Source of the DNA: Octopus vulgaris
Taxonomy: Eukaryota
Direction of reading: 5' to 3'
Length of the DNA: 64,000 nucleotides
Assembly (NCBI GenBank): GCA_951406725.2
Contig: OX597834.1
Coordinates: 33,108,001-33,172,000 of the forward strand
Below the pieces are notes generated by a model. That model was not told the origin of the DNA. It made no database searches and saw only the letters and a list, made by a program, of their open reading frames with translations. Numbering within the stretch: the first letter of the stretch is position 1; each line of letters starts with the position of its first letter. This document shows positions 1-14,899 of the stretch, piece after piece. A program made the position numbers and the translations under genes.

Positions 1-359
1 GTTCAATGTTTAAAAAACATCCTTTTCTATTCTCATAATTGAATATTATTTGGAATTGTATAAAAAAATAATAAAAGTATTTTGTGTATTGACGAAGTAT
101 AAGCAATTTATTGCAGATAAATTTTAACGACAAAATTTTATATGGACCCTGAAGGGCCATATGAACTCTAGTTGACCATTTGGCAACGGCACTGTTACCA
201 GGTGTTCGCTGAACTCAACCCTGCTCCATTAAATCCTCTGTAGATATAAATACGAGGACCGGACGGATATTCTGCTAGCTGGGTTGTGCGACTGGTAAGA
301 GGGTTGTGAGCGCTTGAACAAGAGTCCATATACAAGAGTACAAATACAAGAGTCCAAGT

Positions 360-623
360 GCAGATATGGCTGTGTGGTTTAGAAGCTTGTTTCTCAATCA
401 TGTTGTCTTGAGTTCGGTCCCACTACGCGGCACCTTGAACAAGTATATTCTACTGTAGCCACACCACAGACCGGCCAAAGGGTTGAAAATGGATATTGTA
501 GAGGAAAAACATATATATTAATACATATATACGTACATACATATATAGATAGAGCCCGTTGGGTATGTATATGTGTGTGTGTTTGTGTGTATGAGTGTGT
601 GTGTAGATACATATATATGGACT

Positions 624-686
<63 letters not shown>

Positions 687-905
687 CTTTGTCTATGAGT
701 TTGTCCCTCACCACCATTTGACAACCGGTGTTGGTTTCTTTACCTCCCTGTAGCCTATCTGTTCGGAAAGAAAAAAATAACGGTTAGCATAAGTACCAAT
801 ATAAAAAAAAATAAAATACTGGGGTAAATTTATTTGACTAAACCCTTCAATGTGGTGCCCCAACATGGCCACAGTCCAATGACTGAAGCAAGGAAAAGAT
901 GAGAA
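360..905 (+). mobile_element. tRNA-derived SINE, family A (internal microsatellite), diverged near-full copy
   Basis: Head TGGCTGTGTGG...GTTCGGTCCCACT (A/B-box-like), internal (TA)/(GT) tract, 3' ...CATGGCCACAGTCCAATGACTGAAGCAAG; aligns by eye to 23504-23910. Confidence 0.85.
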
Positions 906-1008
906 TTAAAATACACTTTGGTCTACCCTTGACTAAGGATTGAATGTCATTTAAAGAAGTGGGTCATATCTACCCATTCCTTCTCTCTCTCTCTCTCTTT
1001 ATCTATCT

Positions 1009-1045
<37 letters not shown>

Positions 1046-1144
1046 CATACATACATACATGCATGCATACATACATACATACATACATACATACATACAT
1101 ACATACATACATACATACACACATACATCTACATCTACCACTAT

Positions 1145-1187
1145 TTGCGCTGATGACGCCTATGGTGGCAGAAACAAGTGTCTTCAA
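1145..1187 (+). ncRNA. Putative minimal hammerhead ribozyme motif
   Basis: CTGATGA-cGCC-tatggt-GGCa-GAAA-CAagTG-TC; stem I only partly pairs. Confidence 0.5.
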
Positions 1188-1552
1188 TCAGTCTGTCTTT
1201 TCCTCAGTGATGTACAAATATACTTGATTCTTACGCTTATCTCCCCTTCTTCTAATTTGCAGTTGGCTACACGTAGCGCTAGGAATTCGTTTACATTTCA
1301 GCTGCAGCTAAATAAACATCGACTTACCTCAGGATTTCCTTAGGTAATCGACGAATAAGAGTACATGTTCTTTAATGAGGTGACGACGAGGTGCGACCAT
1401 CCCCCAAAACACAGCTGAAACAAGATTCTCGATTGTTTTCCTGTTTATGAAAACACTTGGACGTTGTCATTCCGTTTGCAATTTCCACGGCTAAAGTCTT
1501 TCAAGATAGACATACATATACATATATATTATATATATATATATATATATCA

Positions 1553-1606
<54 letters not shown>

Positions 1607-1630
1607 GGTGGTGTATATGTATGTATCTAG

Positions 1631-1673
<43 letters not shown>

Positions 1674-1729
1674 TATGTATATATATATATATATGCATAT
1701 ATATATATATATATATACATACACACATA

Positions 1730-1766
<37 letters not shown>

Positions 1767-1889
1767 GCACACAGAAATTTCTGCAAAATTACAGAACTCA
1801 ATTCCTAAGTGTAGATTATTTTTTGTTATATTATGATTAAACGCCTCATAATTTCCAGTGCTCCGTGTCTCATATATCTATCCATCTAC

Positions 1890-1927
<38 letters not shown>

Positions 1928-2184
1928 GTGTGTGTGTGTGTGTGTGTGTGTGAACATTATCAGCGTCACATATTTAATGTAGTGTTGTTGAATGCATTTG
2001 TGCTGCAGAGAATCGAGTATATGGCTCCGATGACGCGAACTAAAAGCGAAATATTAGGGGGATGTTCGTTTCGCCTGGCCTTGAAAGGTACTGCCTCTTC
2101 TTTTCACACTCTATGTCTGTAAAGGGACCTTCTCTGGGCGAAATACTTCAGACTAAATGCAATTATATATATATATATAAGTGC

Positions 2185-2226
<42 letters not shown>

Positions 2227-2254
2227 GCACTTATATATATATATATATATATAT

Positions 2255-2704
<450 letters not shown>

Positions 2705-2944
2705 TCTAGGAAATGGTTAACTTGTATATAGAACCCGTTGCTCTACTGATCCGGATATCTTTTACTTTGCTTGTCTCTGGGCTTTTTGGTAATACTAGTG
2801 AGGGTCGTTGTGGTGTTATGCAAGTTGCAGTCGACTTAAAACCCCTGCACGGGCATTGTCGTTGTCCCCATCAGCGATAGTTGCGCTCGTCTAACGAGTA
2901 TACAGCCATCATTCCATGCATGTGTGTGTGTGTGTGTGTGTGTT

Positions 2945-3075
2945 AAGAAGGCAATGGCCTTAAAAAGAAGACAACACAAAAACGACAAGTTTTAACAAAA
3001 TGTATTAGTTTAAGGCTTAAAAAAGAAGGAAAAAAGTCTCGACGTTTCGGATATTAGTCTTTTATCAGAAGAAAA
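2945..3075 (-). mobile_element. Penelope-like terminal-repeat remnant with degenerate hammerhead motif
   Basis: Reverse complement CTGATAA-aagactaatatcc-GAAACGTC; layout similar to 36036-36225. Confidence 0.4.
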
Positions 3076-3594
3076 CTAGAAAAGAAAAAATAAAAGAGTG
3101 CATAGAGGGACGGTCATTAACTTTTATAACAGTCAAGTTCATGCACTAACGGTGGAGATATATCATCTAATCATCCTGCAAAGGTGGAGGTGTGGATATA
3201 AGCAAGTGTATCCCAGTGCACGGTCATCCACGAACCCCAATAACAGAGTAACCATTGAATGAAAGAACAAAAGGACATAATTTAGAAGATATAAAGAACT
3301 ACGGCCTTGTTTGAGGAGTGATGCCTTTGAAGAGATGTGTGAAGGTACTGTGATAATAATATTTAATAATTCACGGGTGGAAGGAGGGTGAACGGAGGGG
3401 AAGTAGAGTGGAAGAGCAGGGAGAGGGTGGCGGGGTGGGGTGGGGGTGATAAAGAGAGGGAGGGAGAGTGGAGGGGGTGGGGGGTGGGGGGGGGTGAAAA
3501 AGAAGTGAGTGATGTGACGATGTCTCTGAAGAATTCACCATCAAACGGGGGTTTGCTGTTATAGCTCTTGTGTTTGTAATTAATTCTTTGGCGC

Positions 3595-3626
3595 CATTGT
3601 TGTAAGGTCGTCGTCGTCGTCGTTGT

Positions 3627-3661
<35 letters not shown>

Positions 3662-3854
3662 CACTTGCTGCTGCCGCTGCTGCCGCTGCTGCCGCTGCAG
3701 TCGTTGATGTCGTTGCAGTTGTTGCGGTTGTCGTTGTTGTTGTTGTTGTTGTTGTTGTTGTTGCTGCAGACGCTGTTGTTGTTTCTGTTATTGCTGCTGC
3801 TGCTGCTGTTGTTGTTGTTGTTTCTGTTATTGCTGCTGCTGTTGTTGTTGTTGT

Positions 3855-3885
<31 letters not shown>

Positions 3886-4800
3886 ACTACCACTGCTGTT
3901 AATCTTATTGTCGCTGTTGCTGCTGCTGCTCTTGTTGTTGTTGTTGTTGTTGTTGTTGTTCTGGATTATCGTACGGGCGGGGGGGGAGTGGGGGGGTGAA
4001 AGCATGGTGAGGTGTCGGTGTTTATTTCTTTGGTTTTTCTTTCGTTCTGGTCGTTTTGTACTTTCTCGAGTGTTTTTGTTCTTGTTCTTGTTCTTGTTGT
4101 TGTTGTTGTTGTGCTTATTCTTCGTTTGCGGATGTTTGTTTTAATTTGTATTAGATTTGTATTTGTTTGGTGGGGGGTGTTGAGTAGTGGGGGGGGGGAG
4201 CTGATAGGATCGTCATCGTCGTAACGGTGGAGGTCATGGTGATCATTGTGGTGGTGGTGGCGGCGGCGGCGGTGGTCGTGGTGGTGGTGGTCGTGGTGGT
4301 GGTCGTCGTCGTCATCATCGTCGTAGTGGTGGTGAGGGGGGCGGTGGAGGGGTGGTGGTAGTGGTGGTGGCAGTGGTGGCGGTAGTGGCGGCGGTGGTGG
4401 TGGTGGTGATCGTCGTCGTAGTGGTGGTGAAGGGGCGGTGGTGGTGATGGGGGGTTGTGGTGGTTGTGGTGGTGGTTGTGTTGGTGGTAGTGGTGTTGGT
4501 AATGACAGTGGCGGTGGTAGTCCGAGTGGCTGTGAATGGTGCTGATGGTGGTGTTAATGGTGGTAGTGGTTGTGGTGGTGGTGGGGGTGATGGTGGTGGT
4601 GGTGGTGGTGGTAGTGTGATAGTGGTCCGGCTATTCATTGATGATGTCGGTGGTGGTGGTGGTGGTGGTCGTCGTCGTCGTCATAGTCGTTGTCGTGGTG
4701 AAGGCGGCGACGTTGACGGTGCGGGCAATAGCAGTGACGTTTCTGGTGGTAGCAAAGAGTTGTTGTTGCTGTTGTTGTTGTTGCTACCAGGGATGGCGGC
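3595..4800. repeat. Compound GC-rich triplet repeats (GTT/GCT/GGT/GTC)
   Basis: Runs directly visible; overlapping ORFs are homopolymeric. Confidence 0.9.
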
Positions 4801-4945
4801 AGAGGCGGCAGAGGCGGTCGTAGTGATTACGTTGATCTCGTCGGCTTCGGAATCATTGGCTCTGATGATGGTCGTGTTGTAGTCTTTGTTCTCAGTTCGG
4901 CGTTTTCAGCGAGAGAACCTAATCAGGATTACGACTGCAATATAA

Positions 4946-4986
<41 letters not shown>

Positions 4987-5038
4987 GTATATATATATAT
5001 ATGTATGCATATATATATATATGTGTATATGTATGTAT

Positions 5039-5070
<32 letters not shown>

Positions 5071-5089
5071 GTATGTATGTATATATACA

Positions 5090-5122
<33 letters not shown>

Positions 5123-5294
5123 GTATATATATATATATGTATATGTAGATATATATACACACACATATATATAGACATTATACATACACACGTATATATA
5201 AATAATTATTGATACGTAGAGACATCCATAAGCTTGCATATGTAAATATGTATAAATATATATATATATATATATATGTAGAAATATGTGTGTG

Positions 5295-5327
<33 letters not shown>

Positions 5328-5363
5328 AGATATATATGTACATATATATATATAAATATGTAC

Positions 5364-5394
<31 letters not shown>

Positions 5395-5567
5395 AATATG
5401 TATATATTTGCATATGTATCCATATTTATGTATATATATATATATATATATACACACACATATATATATGTATGTATATACATATTTATATATATATATA
5501 TAAATATGTACATATATATGTATATATATAAATATGTATATATATTTGCATATGCATACATATTTTT

Positions 5568-5619
<52 letters not shown>

Positions 5620-5658
5620 TATATATGTATGTATATATCTGCATACGTATACATATTA

Positions 5659-5695
<37 letters not shown>

Positions 5696-6634
5696 TTACA
5701 TGCCTATATACGTACATATGCGTGTGTGTGTATGTATATATAACAGCATCGATCCATTGCGATATCGCTGGAACGGAATGAAACCATTATTTGTTATTAT
5801 TATTATCATTATTATTTGTTGTTGTTGTTGTAGTTACTGTTATATCTGACATTCTATGAATTGGATTTTTTTTTTTGCTTACTGTCTATAAATACAGATA
5901 AGGGATGTGCCGTCATAGGAAAATATACGCAAGCACACAGACACATACATACACACATACACACACATTCACACACACGCTCCTCTCTCTTTCTCCCTCC
6001 TTTTCTCGCTTTATCTATATATATGTGTGTTTGTGTATACATATATACATACACACACGTACATACGTACATACATACATACATACATACATACATACGT
6101 ACGTACATACATACATACATACATACATACGTACGTACATACATACATACATACATACATACATACATACATACATACATACATACACACATACATACAT
6201 ACATACCGTCGCCGCCGGTGTGCCTGCGTCGCTAAGAGGTTCGGTTTGCAACTATTGTGCGGCATTTCGGGTAAGCGTTTTGTATTGCAGTCACCGGCTC
6301 ATCAGTGCCGAAGCCTGTTGTGTGTATGTGTGTGCGTACATGTGTGTGTGTGTGCGTATGTGTGCGTCTATCTGTTAAGTAAGTGTGTTTTGTGTAAGTA
6401 TATATGGGTTTGCTTACTTCACTATACCCTTGTCTTTTATTTAATTTTTTTTTATTTGTCTATTTAGTTATTTATTTCTTTGCCTTTTTCTCGTTCCGTC
6501 TTAAGTATCTGTATGCGTGCCTTATGTGTGTGTATGGGTTTATGGATTATACTGTTTGTATCTGTACCTTTTCTATTCTCTTTTTCTGTCTTTAGTCGTC
6601 ATGCTACCTAGTGTGGTGGAGGGTGGGGGTGGGG

Positions 6635-6900
6635 TTATAGTTCCATTCATGTTTTCTGTCGAGGTTCGATCTGACTACTGTTTTGTGTGTGGCCTCTGTA
6701 ATCTAAGTGTCGTGTCTGTTCTATGTGTTGATATTATCTTAACATCTATGTTATTAACCGAGCCTCTAGGTTCTAATTGGGAATGTTGATAAAGCAATGA
6801 CATGCTTTTCTCCTCCTTGACTTCTGCAGGAAACAGGACGGCAGCATCCACTGTGAAGACAGCACGTAGCATAGAGGTGCGGATGGGTGACACTGGCGGG
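6635..6900 (-). mobile_element. Penelope-like GIY-YIG endonuclease C-terminal remnant (frameshifted)
   Basis: ...MSLLYQHSQLEPRGSVNNIDVKIISTHRTDTTLRL then, after a frameshift, TEATHKTVVRSNLDRKHEW, matching the PLE end pattern R-x-x-E-A-x-x-I-x4-P-x-L-N-x-K-x-E. Confidence 0.55.
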
Positions 6901-6962
6901 AGAACAAATCAAAGTAATATTTCAACCAATCAAGAAATATTTCCTCAACTTAATTTACATTC

Positions 6963-7002
6963 TTGCATGACGTTTCGGTATATTTTTACCTCGTCAGTAC
7001 AA
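6963..7002 (-). ncRNA. Putative minimal hammerhead ribozyme
   Basis: Reverse complement TTGTA-CTGACGA-GGTA-aaaata-TACC-GAAA-CG-TCA-TGCAA: canonical core, perfect 4-bp stem II, 5-bp stem I. Confidence 0.7.
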
Positions 7003-8224
7003 TACCTTTAAACAAGCCTGCGAATCAGTACATAATGTTTTAGATAGATCAAGAATTTACGTATATTCTTAGCAATGAAGAATTAACTTAATTAAAGAAG
7101 TAGAATAATAAACAAAACGAAAGGAAGAGAGCTTCTTGCAATGCAAGGAGGAAAGTTTAATAAAACTTATATTTCGTGCACAAAGGCCCTTCTTCAGAGG
7201 AATACAGTTAAGAAATGTGAATTTACGTAGAAACTGCTATTAAGGTAGCGGAACAAGCAATGACCCTGCTTTGTCACACAATAGGTCCCCAAAAGATGTT
7301 GTTTGTGATCATAGAAGTCGCAGCTTTAATAAATATATAAAGAACTAAAGGGAGATAACTCAAATTAAACAATGGCCGGAGTTTGGTTAATTAAGTTGCG
7401 TGATGAAGTGTTGAGCACCGTACATAATAAATAATTCATAGTGATTTTTCTCTGACTGTGTGTGTTTGTGTCTCTGCGTATGTTTGTGTGTGTGTGTGTA
7501 TTTGTGTCTTTGTGTGTGTTTGTGCGTGTGTGCGCATGTTTGCGTGTGTTTGTGTTTGTGAGTGTGTGTGTGTGTTTATGAGTGTGTTTATGTGTACGTG
7601 TTTGCGTGTGTGTTTGTGAGCGTGTTTGTGTGTTTGTGTGTGTGTGTGTGTTTGCGTGTGTGTGTGTGTGTGTGTGTGTTTGTGTGTGTGTTTGTATGTG
7701 TGCGTGTGCGTGTGTGTGTGTGTGTAAGAGCAGTTTGACCGAATGATTAAGAATTTCGTTTCGGAAATACGATGTCATCGTTCCAGTCTCACAACATTCT
7801 GGACATTTTGTATATCCCGGATCGACTCACAACTTGCAAATGAAATAGGGTAGACGGAAACTGTACAGAAGCCCGAAATTAGCGAACGGCGGTGATATGT
7901 CACTCCTGTGTTTGGTGTGAGTGTGTGTGTGTATGTATGTAAGTATATTTATATACAATTTACATATGCACACATATGCCGCACACACAAATATATATGA
8001 ATACATACATACACATAAACATACACACATATACGCATCCACGCACAAGTGCACACACATGCTTACAAACATACAAACGCACACACACACATACACCACA
8101 GTTACGCTTATATACATTCCACAGTTAGACATATCCACACACATGCATACAACTACACACACATACATACATACACATACACACACACACACTCACACAC
8201 ACATATATACATATATATATATAT

Positions 8225-8305
<81 letters not shown>

Positions 8306-9088
8306 CATACACAAGCGCACGCATACATACACATGCAAACACGCGCTGATACACGCACAAACATACGGACACACATTCACACACAAACACACCGCACATA
8401 CCGACATAATACATACATACATACACGCACACACGCACGCATACACATGCACACACACACACACACACACAGCGCGCAAACGAACGTGCGTACATACGTA
8501 GAGACATATCTCGAACCATCTTTGATTTCAGAAAGAAAATCCAAGATGGTGTCGACTTGTTAAGCCATTACATCTAATCCCACCGAAACTAAGCGCTGTT
8601 TAAAGATGTCGTTTGCTGTGTTTCCCAGACACAGATCTACGTATGAATCTATGTTTCTTATTATCTCTTTCGCGTAGAGATTTATGTGTTTATTTTCAAA
8701 ATAGAAAACAAAATAAAAACTCAGAAAAAAAGTAACACAAACAATGTTATTTTTTCTTGTATTTATTTTAATAAATTAAGAAACGATCAGTTGTGACAGA
8801 AGTTTGGTGTCTCTCTTTCTCTCTTTCATTCTTTCCTTCTTTCTTTCCTTATCTTTCTTTGTATATATACGGGTGTATATGTACGTCTGTATAAGTCGTG
8901 TGTTGTTTTTTTTTACATATACTACTTTTTTACATATACTACTTTATATGTATGTATACATATACCTATGTGCATATATGTGTGTGGATATACATACATG
9001 TATTTGCAAGTATAGATATATACATATATACGCACACATGTATATGTAAATATATGTGTATGTATGTGTAGAGAGAGAGGGAGGAGAG

Positions 9089-9148
<60 letters not shown>

Positions 9149-9210
9149 TATATATACCCATAAACTTCTATATCTATATATACATACTTTTAACTCACAT
9201 ATTTATTCAC

Positions 9211-9306
<96 letters not shown>

Positions 9307-9861
9307 TTATATATATATACATACACATATATATATATATACACATATATATACATATGTATGTATATATATATATATACTACATGTGTATATATATTTT
9401 TATATATATATACTACATGTATATATATTATACGAAAATGGTTATGCATATATATATATAAATATATATGTATATATGTATGTATACATATATGTGTGTG
9501 TGCGTGTATGTGTGCATGTATACGTATGTATATGAATATGTACGTATGCAAGAATGTATATGCATATATATGTGTGTGTATGTATGTATATATGTATATA
9601 TGTATGTACGTGTGTGTATGTATTAATGTATTATGTATGTGTATGTATGCACATCCATTTATGGGTTTTATTATCAAACAAGGATTTGCACACCCGAATA
9701 AATCTAAACCATGAATAACATAAAATATATGTACCTACCTATCGACTACCTAATTGCGTATATACGCACGTTTTTACATACATTTATATACACAGACACA
9801 GACACACACACACAAATACACATATATAATATAATATAATATAAATAATATATATATATAG

Positions 9862-10055
9862 CAATAATAAATCTCTGAACGAGATGTAAACAGTAACCGC
9901 TCGACAACGTAAAGTATACTAGCCATCTCAATATGGCTAACCACTAAGGGCGGGTGTTACTGTAGCTTTTAGCCCCAGGAGATCATCGTCTCCAGCTGGC
10001 TTTAGGCACACTTTCTGTGCTCTTATGGTATTTGCAAAGGGAGGTCATCTCTCTC
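9862..10055. mobile_element. Dispersed repeat, probably PLE-terminal, within (TA)n
   Basis: 9862-9935 matches the reverse complement of 17635-17709; 9969-10015 (TTAGCCCCAGGAG..CATCGTCTCCAGCTGGCT) resembles 58133-58175. Confidence 0.6.
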
Positions 10056-10123
10056 TCGATATATATATATATATATGCCTATATACATACGTATATGTAC
10101 ATACTTACATCTATACGTATATA

Positions 10124-10211
<88 letters not shown>

Positions 10212-10221
10212 TGTATGTATA

Positions 10222-10385
10222 TAGTTGAAAGCGTCTGAGCAGGTCTCCGGGGCATTTACATCCCCGTCTATTCCTATCTCTGCCCACGTAGTTTACATGT
10301 GTGTCCAAAGTAGCATTCATTCCAATCCCCCACTAAAAGTAAAGGACGAGACGTTCCTTTGAATACTTCTAGACGTCGAAAGAAA
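10222..10385 (-). mobile_element. L1/Tx1-type LINE APE endonuclease fragment
   Basis: FFRRLEVFKGTSRPLLLVGDWN, then frameshift to [32 protein letters not shown]; GDWN motif of APE endonucleases. Confidence 0.65.
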
Positions 10386-11316
10386 TATACGAATGTATGT
10401 GTATACGAGTACTGTTTTATGCAGCAGAACAAAAAAAATGTCGCTCTCATAAAAACGAGTTTAGCCATGTTGCATTCTAATTAAAATCTCTCCTTTCGTT
10501 CTTGATCTTAGATCAGAATGTGTTTGGATCTTCCTGAGAAGAGGGCTTTTTTTTTTTTAACTACGACATTTTTTCCCCTTCATCTCCCTGTGTAGAGTTT
10601 TCTAGATTAGAAAAACCCTGCCACCACCTTCCTAGCCACGCTACTGGTTACCCAACTCGTTTCTTTGGTTGAGTTGCTTCAATGCTCAGGAAAGATCTCC
10701 CGCTTGTTCCTTCAGATTAACAGCAGTTCTTTACCAGCAGGTATTGATGTTCCACTACGAATTATCATACGTCACTTTTGTTTTTTCTTCTTTTTGCATA
10801 TAATCCCAAGTTATATCGTCAACAACTTTTTGCCATGAGACGATATAGTCTTCTACACTCTCTCGTAAAGAAAAGAAAACAAGATCTGTTACTTAACGAT
10901 AGCTTACAGAAGCTGGAAAAATTGTTTTCAAATCGTGATTGTAAAATGTTTTTCAGAAGAATATGTACGTGTGTACACACACAGACACACACGCACACAC
11001 ATATCTGTGTACGTATATATATATATATATATATGTGTGCGTGTGTGTACATGTCTGTCTGTATGAATATACATATATATAGCAGTATATATATATATAT
11101 ATATGTATGTATATTGATTGATATATAGATAGATATATACATACATACATACATACATACAAATATACATACATGTATATGTATGTATGTGTATGTATGT
11201 GTGTGTATGTATGTATGTAGCTATGTATGCATGTATGTATGTATGCATGTATGTATGCATGTATGGATATACATATATATATTATATATATATATATGTG
11301 TGTGTGTGTATAGATT

Positions 11317-11360
<44 letters not shown>

Positions 11361-11468
11361 CACACATACATGCATACATACATACATACATACAAATATG
11401 CATACATATATGTTAAATTGTATATGTATGTATGTATATATGTATGTATGTATATATGTATGTATGTA

Positions 11469-11504
<36 letters not shown>

Positions 11505-11859
11505 CCACACCCGTCTCAGTTGATTCCCTATACAGAGATACTGATCTCACGGAGAGTTGTGTGAAGGCGGCGCTGGTAGTGTCGGTTTGTTTACATTCTT
11601 ATCGGTCTCCATACCAGCTTTCGGTTCGTTTTTTTTTTCTTCTTTTCTTTTAATATAGACAAGAAAAATGACTAGCATCACGGGAATCGGAATATCGACT
11701 GCTATCTTTCACAGCTATTTTTTCCCCCGTCTTTTGCATTTTTTTATTGGTCCTAGAAAGATGTTTGTTGCCGCAAATGTTTAACTGCGAAGTAACTTAT
11801 GCCTGGGTGAGATTCGACGTGGACCTCATTAATTGTTGTCTGTTTAGGTTTAATGACAA

Positions 11860-12153
11860 GGATATTCGGGTCGCAATCGCAATGTCGTGAATTCGATTTC
11901 TGGCGATGCGTGGTGTCCCTAAGCAAGACAATCTATTTCCCGTTGCTCAATCCACTTAGCTGGTAAAAACGATTTGTGACTGTATTTCAAAGGGCTGACC
12001 TTGTTGCGTTCTGTGTCACGCTGAATCTCACTGAGAACTATGTTAAGGGTACACTTGTCTGTGGAGTATTCGGCCGCTTGATCGTTAATTTCACGAGCAG
12101 GCTGTTCCATTGATCAGATGAACTGGAACACTCATCGTTGTAACTGACAGAGA
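11860..12153 (+). mobile_element. tRNA-derived SINE, family D, diverged
   Basis: Degenerate B-box, then GTGTCCCTAAGCAAGAC; 3' region GTGTCACGCTGAATCTC...TTAATTTCACGAGCAGGCTGTTCC shared with 26478-26665 and 46763-46915. Confidence 0.75.
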
Positions 12154-12450
12154 GCCAGGCCAGGCCAGACGACATCAAACGAGGTCAGGCCAGGCCAGAC
12201 GACATCAAACAAGGTCAGGCCAGGCCAGGCGACATCAAACGAGGTTAGGCCAGGCCAGATGACATCAAACGAGGTCAGGCCAGGCCAGACGACATCAAAC
12301 GAGGTCAGGCCAGGCCAGACGACATCAAACAAGGTCAGGACAGGCCAGGACAGACGACATCAAACGAGGTCAGGCCAGGCCAGACCAGACCAGGCCAGGC
12401 CAGGCCAGGCCAGGCCAGACCAGGCAGGACCAGGTCAGGCCAGCAGACAT
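12154..12450. repeat. 30-bp minisatellite (~7 copies) grading into (CCAGG)n
   Basis: Unit CAGGCCAGGCCAGACGACATCAAACGAGGT. Confidence 0.9.
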
Positions 12451-13057
12451 CGTCAGTACGTACGAGTAAATTATTCATTTGTTGATACCTATAAAGAAGA
12501 ATCATAGATCGATCGGCGTAGCTTCAACTGAGGAGACACAATAAAGTCGAAACACGGCGGTATCACATAATCCCCTTACACATGTATATCGCGGGTGCCC
12601 TCTGGTGACGAGAAACAACAGCGACCTGATGTCCACAATCGAAATTGCCACAAAGCATTACCAATGAATAGACATGTTGTTCTTTGGATTGTTGCTGTTC
12701 CGCATGCACCACATGAATTATTAACAGTTTCTCTTCTTTTTTTTTCTTCTCTTATTTTTTTTTTCTATCGTGACTTCATAGAATTGCGTTTATCTCTTCA
12801 GCACCATTTCTTACTAAAAGACTTTAATCAGAAGGAAGAAAGTAAAATGAAAAGAACCTTGGAAGTTAGACAATGGAATCGAACAACCGAGTTTCTTTGT
12901 GAACGGTTTGGTATGTCTGGATTAATGCATTCGTCGGCTTTTGATGGTTTGCGTAGCTGTTCGCATCTGCGGGTCTCGGTTGGTCCACAATTACACACAC
13001 ACAAAAAAAACATGCATGCACGCACGCACATATATATGTGTGTGTGTGTGTACATAA

Positions 13058-13105
<48 letters not shown>

Positions 13106-13130
13106 ATAAATATATATATATATATGTATG

Positions 13131-13168
<38 letters not shown>

Positions 13169-13257
13169 TATATAGATACATACAAAAATATACATATGTA
13201 TGTATATATATATATATATATATATATACATACACGTATATATATAGATACATACAC

Positions 13258-13288
<31 letters not shown>

Positions 13289-13293
13289 TATAC

Positions 13294-13344
<51 letters not shown>

Positions 13345-13358
13345 ATACATATGTATAT

Positions 13359-13433
<75 letters not shown>

Positions 13434-13659
13434 CAAGTATGAATGTATGTATGTATGTATGTATGTATGCATGTATGTAGTCGCGGCAGTTGCTTCTTCG
13501 GTGGGAATGCACTAAATGGACCGGTTGAACGAAGGCTGGTTGTTTGTATTGATAAATGATCTGATTGGTTCATTGATTCCCTGACTGGTTCAATGGTTGG
13601 TTGATCGTTTTGTTTCTCTTTTAATTATTTCCTTTTTATTTTTTATTGTTATTTTGCTT

Positions 13660-13830
13660 GTCTACTTGTTTCGGTCATTTGGGACCATGATGGAGCAACG
13701 CAGCTTTAAAGGGTTTTGTCGGACAAATTGACCCCCCACCCAATGCTTCTTCTTTTAAATCTGGTACTTATTCTATCGCCTTCTGTTTTGCCGAGCTGCT
13801 AAGTCACGAAGACGTAAACAAACCAACTAC
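13660..13830 (-). mobile_element. SINE family A 3' fragment
   Basis: TACTTGTTTCGGTCATTTG...GTACTTATTCTATCG...TTTTGCCGAGCTGCTAAGT. Confidence 0.7.
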
Positions 13831-13878
13831 AGTCGTTTTGAAGTAGAATAATAAACACAAGCACAAAGACAACACGCA

Positions 13879-13952
13879 GCCCGGTCCGGGATTCGAACTC
13901 ACAACCTCACGATCGTAAACTTGACGCTCTAACCACTGAGCCATGCGCCTTC
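13879..13952 (-). mobile_element. Isolated tRNA-like SINE head (family C/D type)
   Basis: Reverse complement AGGCGCATGGCTCAGTGGTTAGAGCG...GAGTTCGAATCCCGGACCGGG; A and B boxes present, no paired acceptor stem. Confidence 0.7.
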
Positions 13953-13975
13953 ACTGTGTGTGTGTGCAGAGGGAG

Positions 13976-14076
<101 letters not shown>

Positions 14077-14085
14077 TTATATACA

Positions 14086-14119
<34 letters not shown>

Positions 14120-14145
14120 CATACATACATACATAATTATATATA

Positions 14146-14640
<495 letters not shown>

Positions 14641-14675
14641 CTATGGCGGATTTCTGCGCAGTTTCCGCTTCCGCT

Positions 14676-14820
14676 TCCGTTTCCGTTTTCATCGAATTCC
14701 CTCACAAGGCATCGATCTGTTATAGCCGAGGTTATTGTAGAAGTCGCTTGCATAAGGTGCCTCGCAATGGGACTGAACCCCGACACTACCTGGTTATGAG
14801 CCGAACTTTTTAAGCCCTAC
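14676..14820 (-). mobile_element. SINE family A 5' half, inverted relative to its neighbour
   Basis: CTCACAAGGC...AAGGTGCCTCGCAATGGGACTGAACCC is the reverse complement of the family A head. Confidence 0.7.
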
Positions 14821-14899
14821 AATCATTCTTTCCCCCTTATATCTCTGCAATTCAAAACGCCGTTGGATCTACTCAAATTTTGTTCAGGGCTTTTGTGGG

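Noticed and set aside
6205-6320. GC-rich island with CGG/GTAAGC donor-like site
   Set aside because: No acceptor, promoter or frame evidence; a single motif is insufficient
13879-13952. tRNA gene
   Set aside because: A and B boxes are present but acceptor and anticodon stems do not pair; it is a SINE head (same for 34160-34192)
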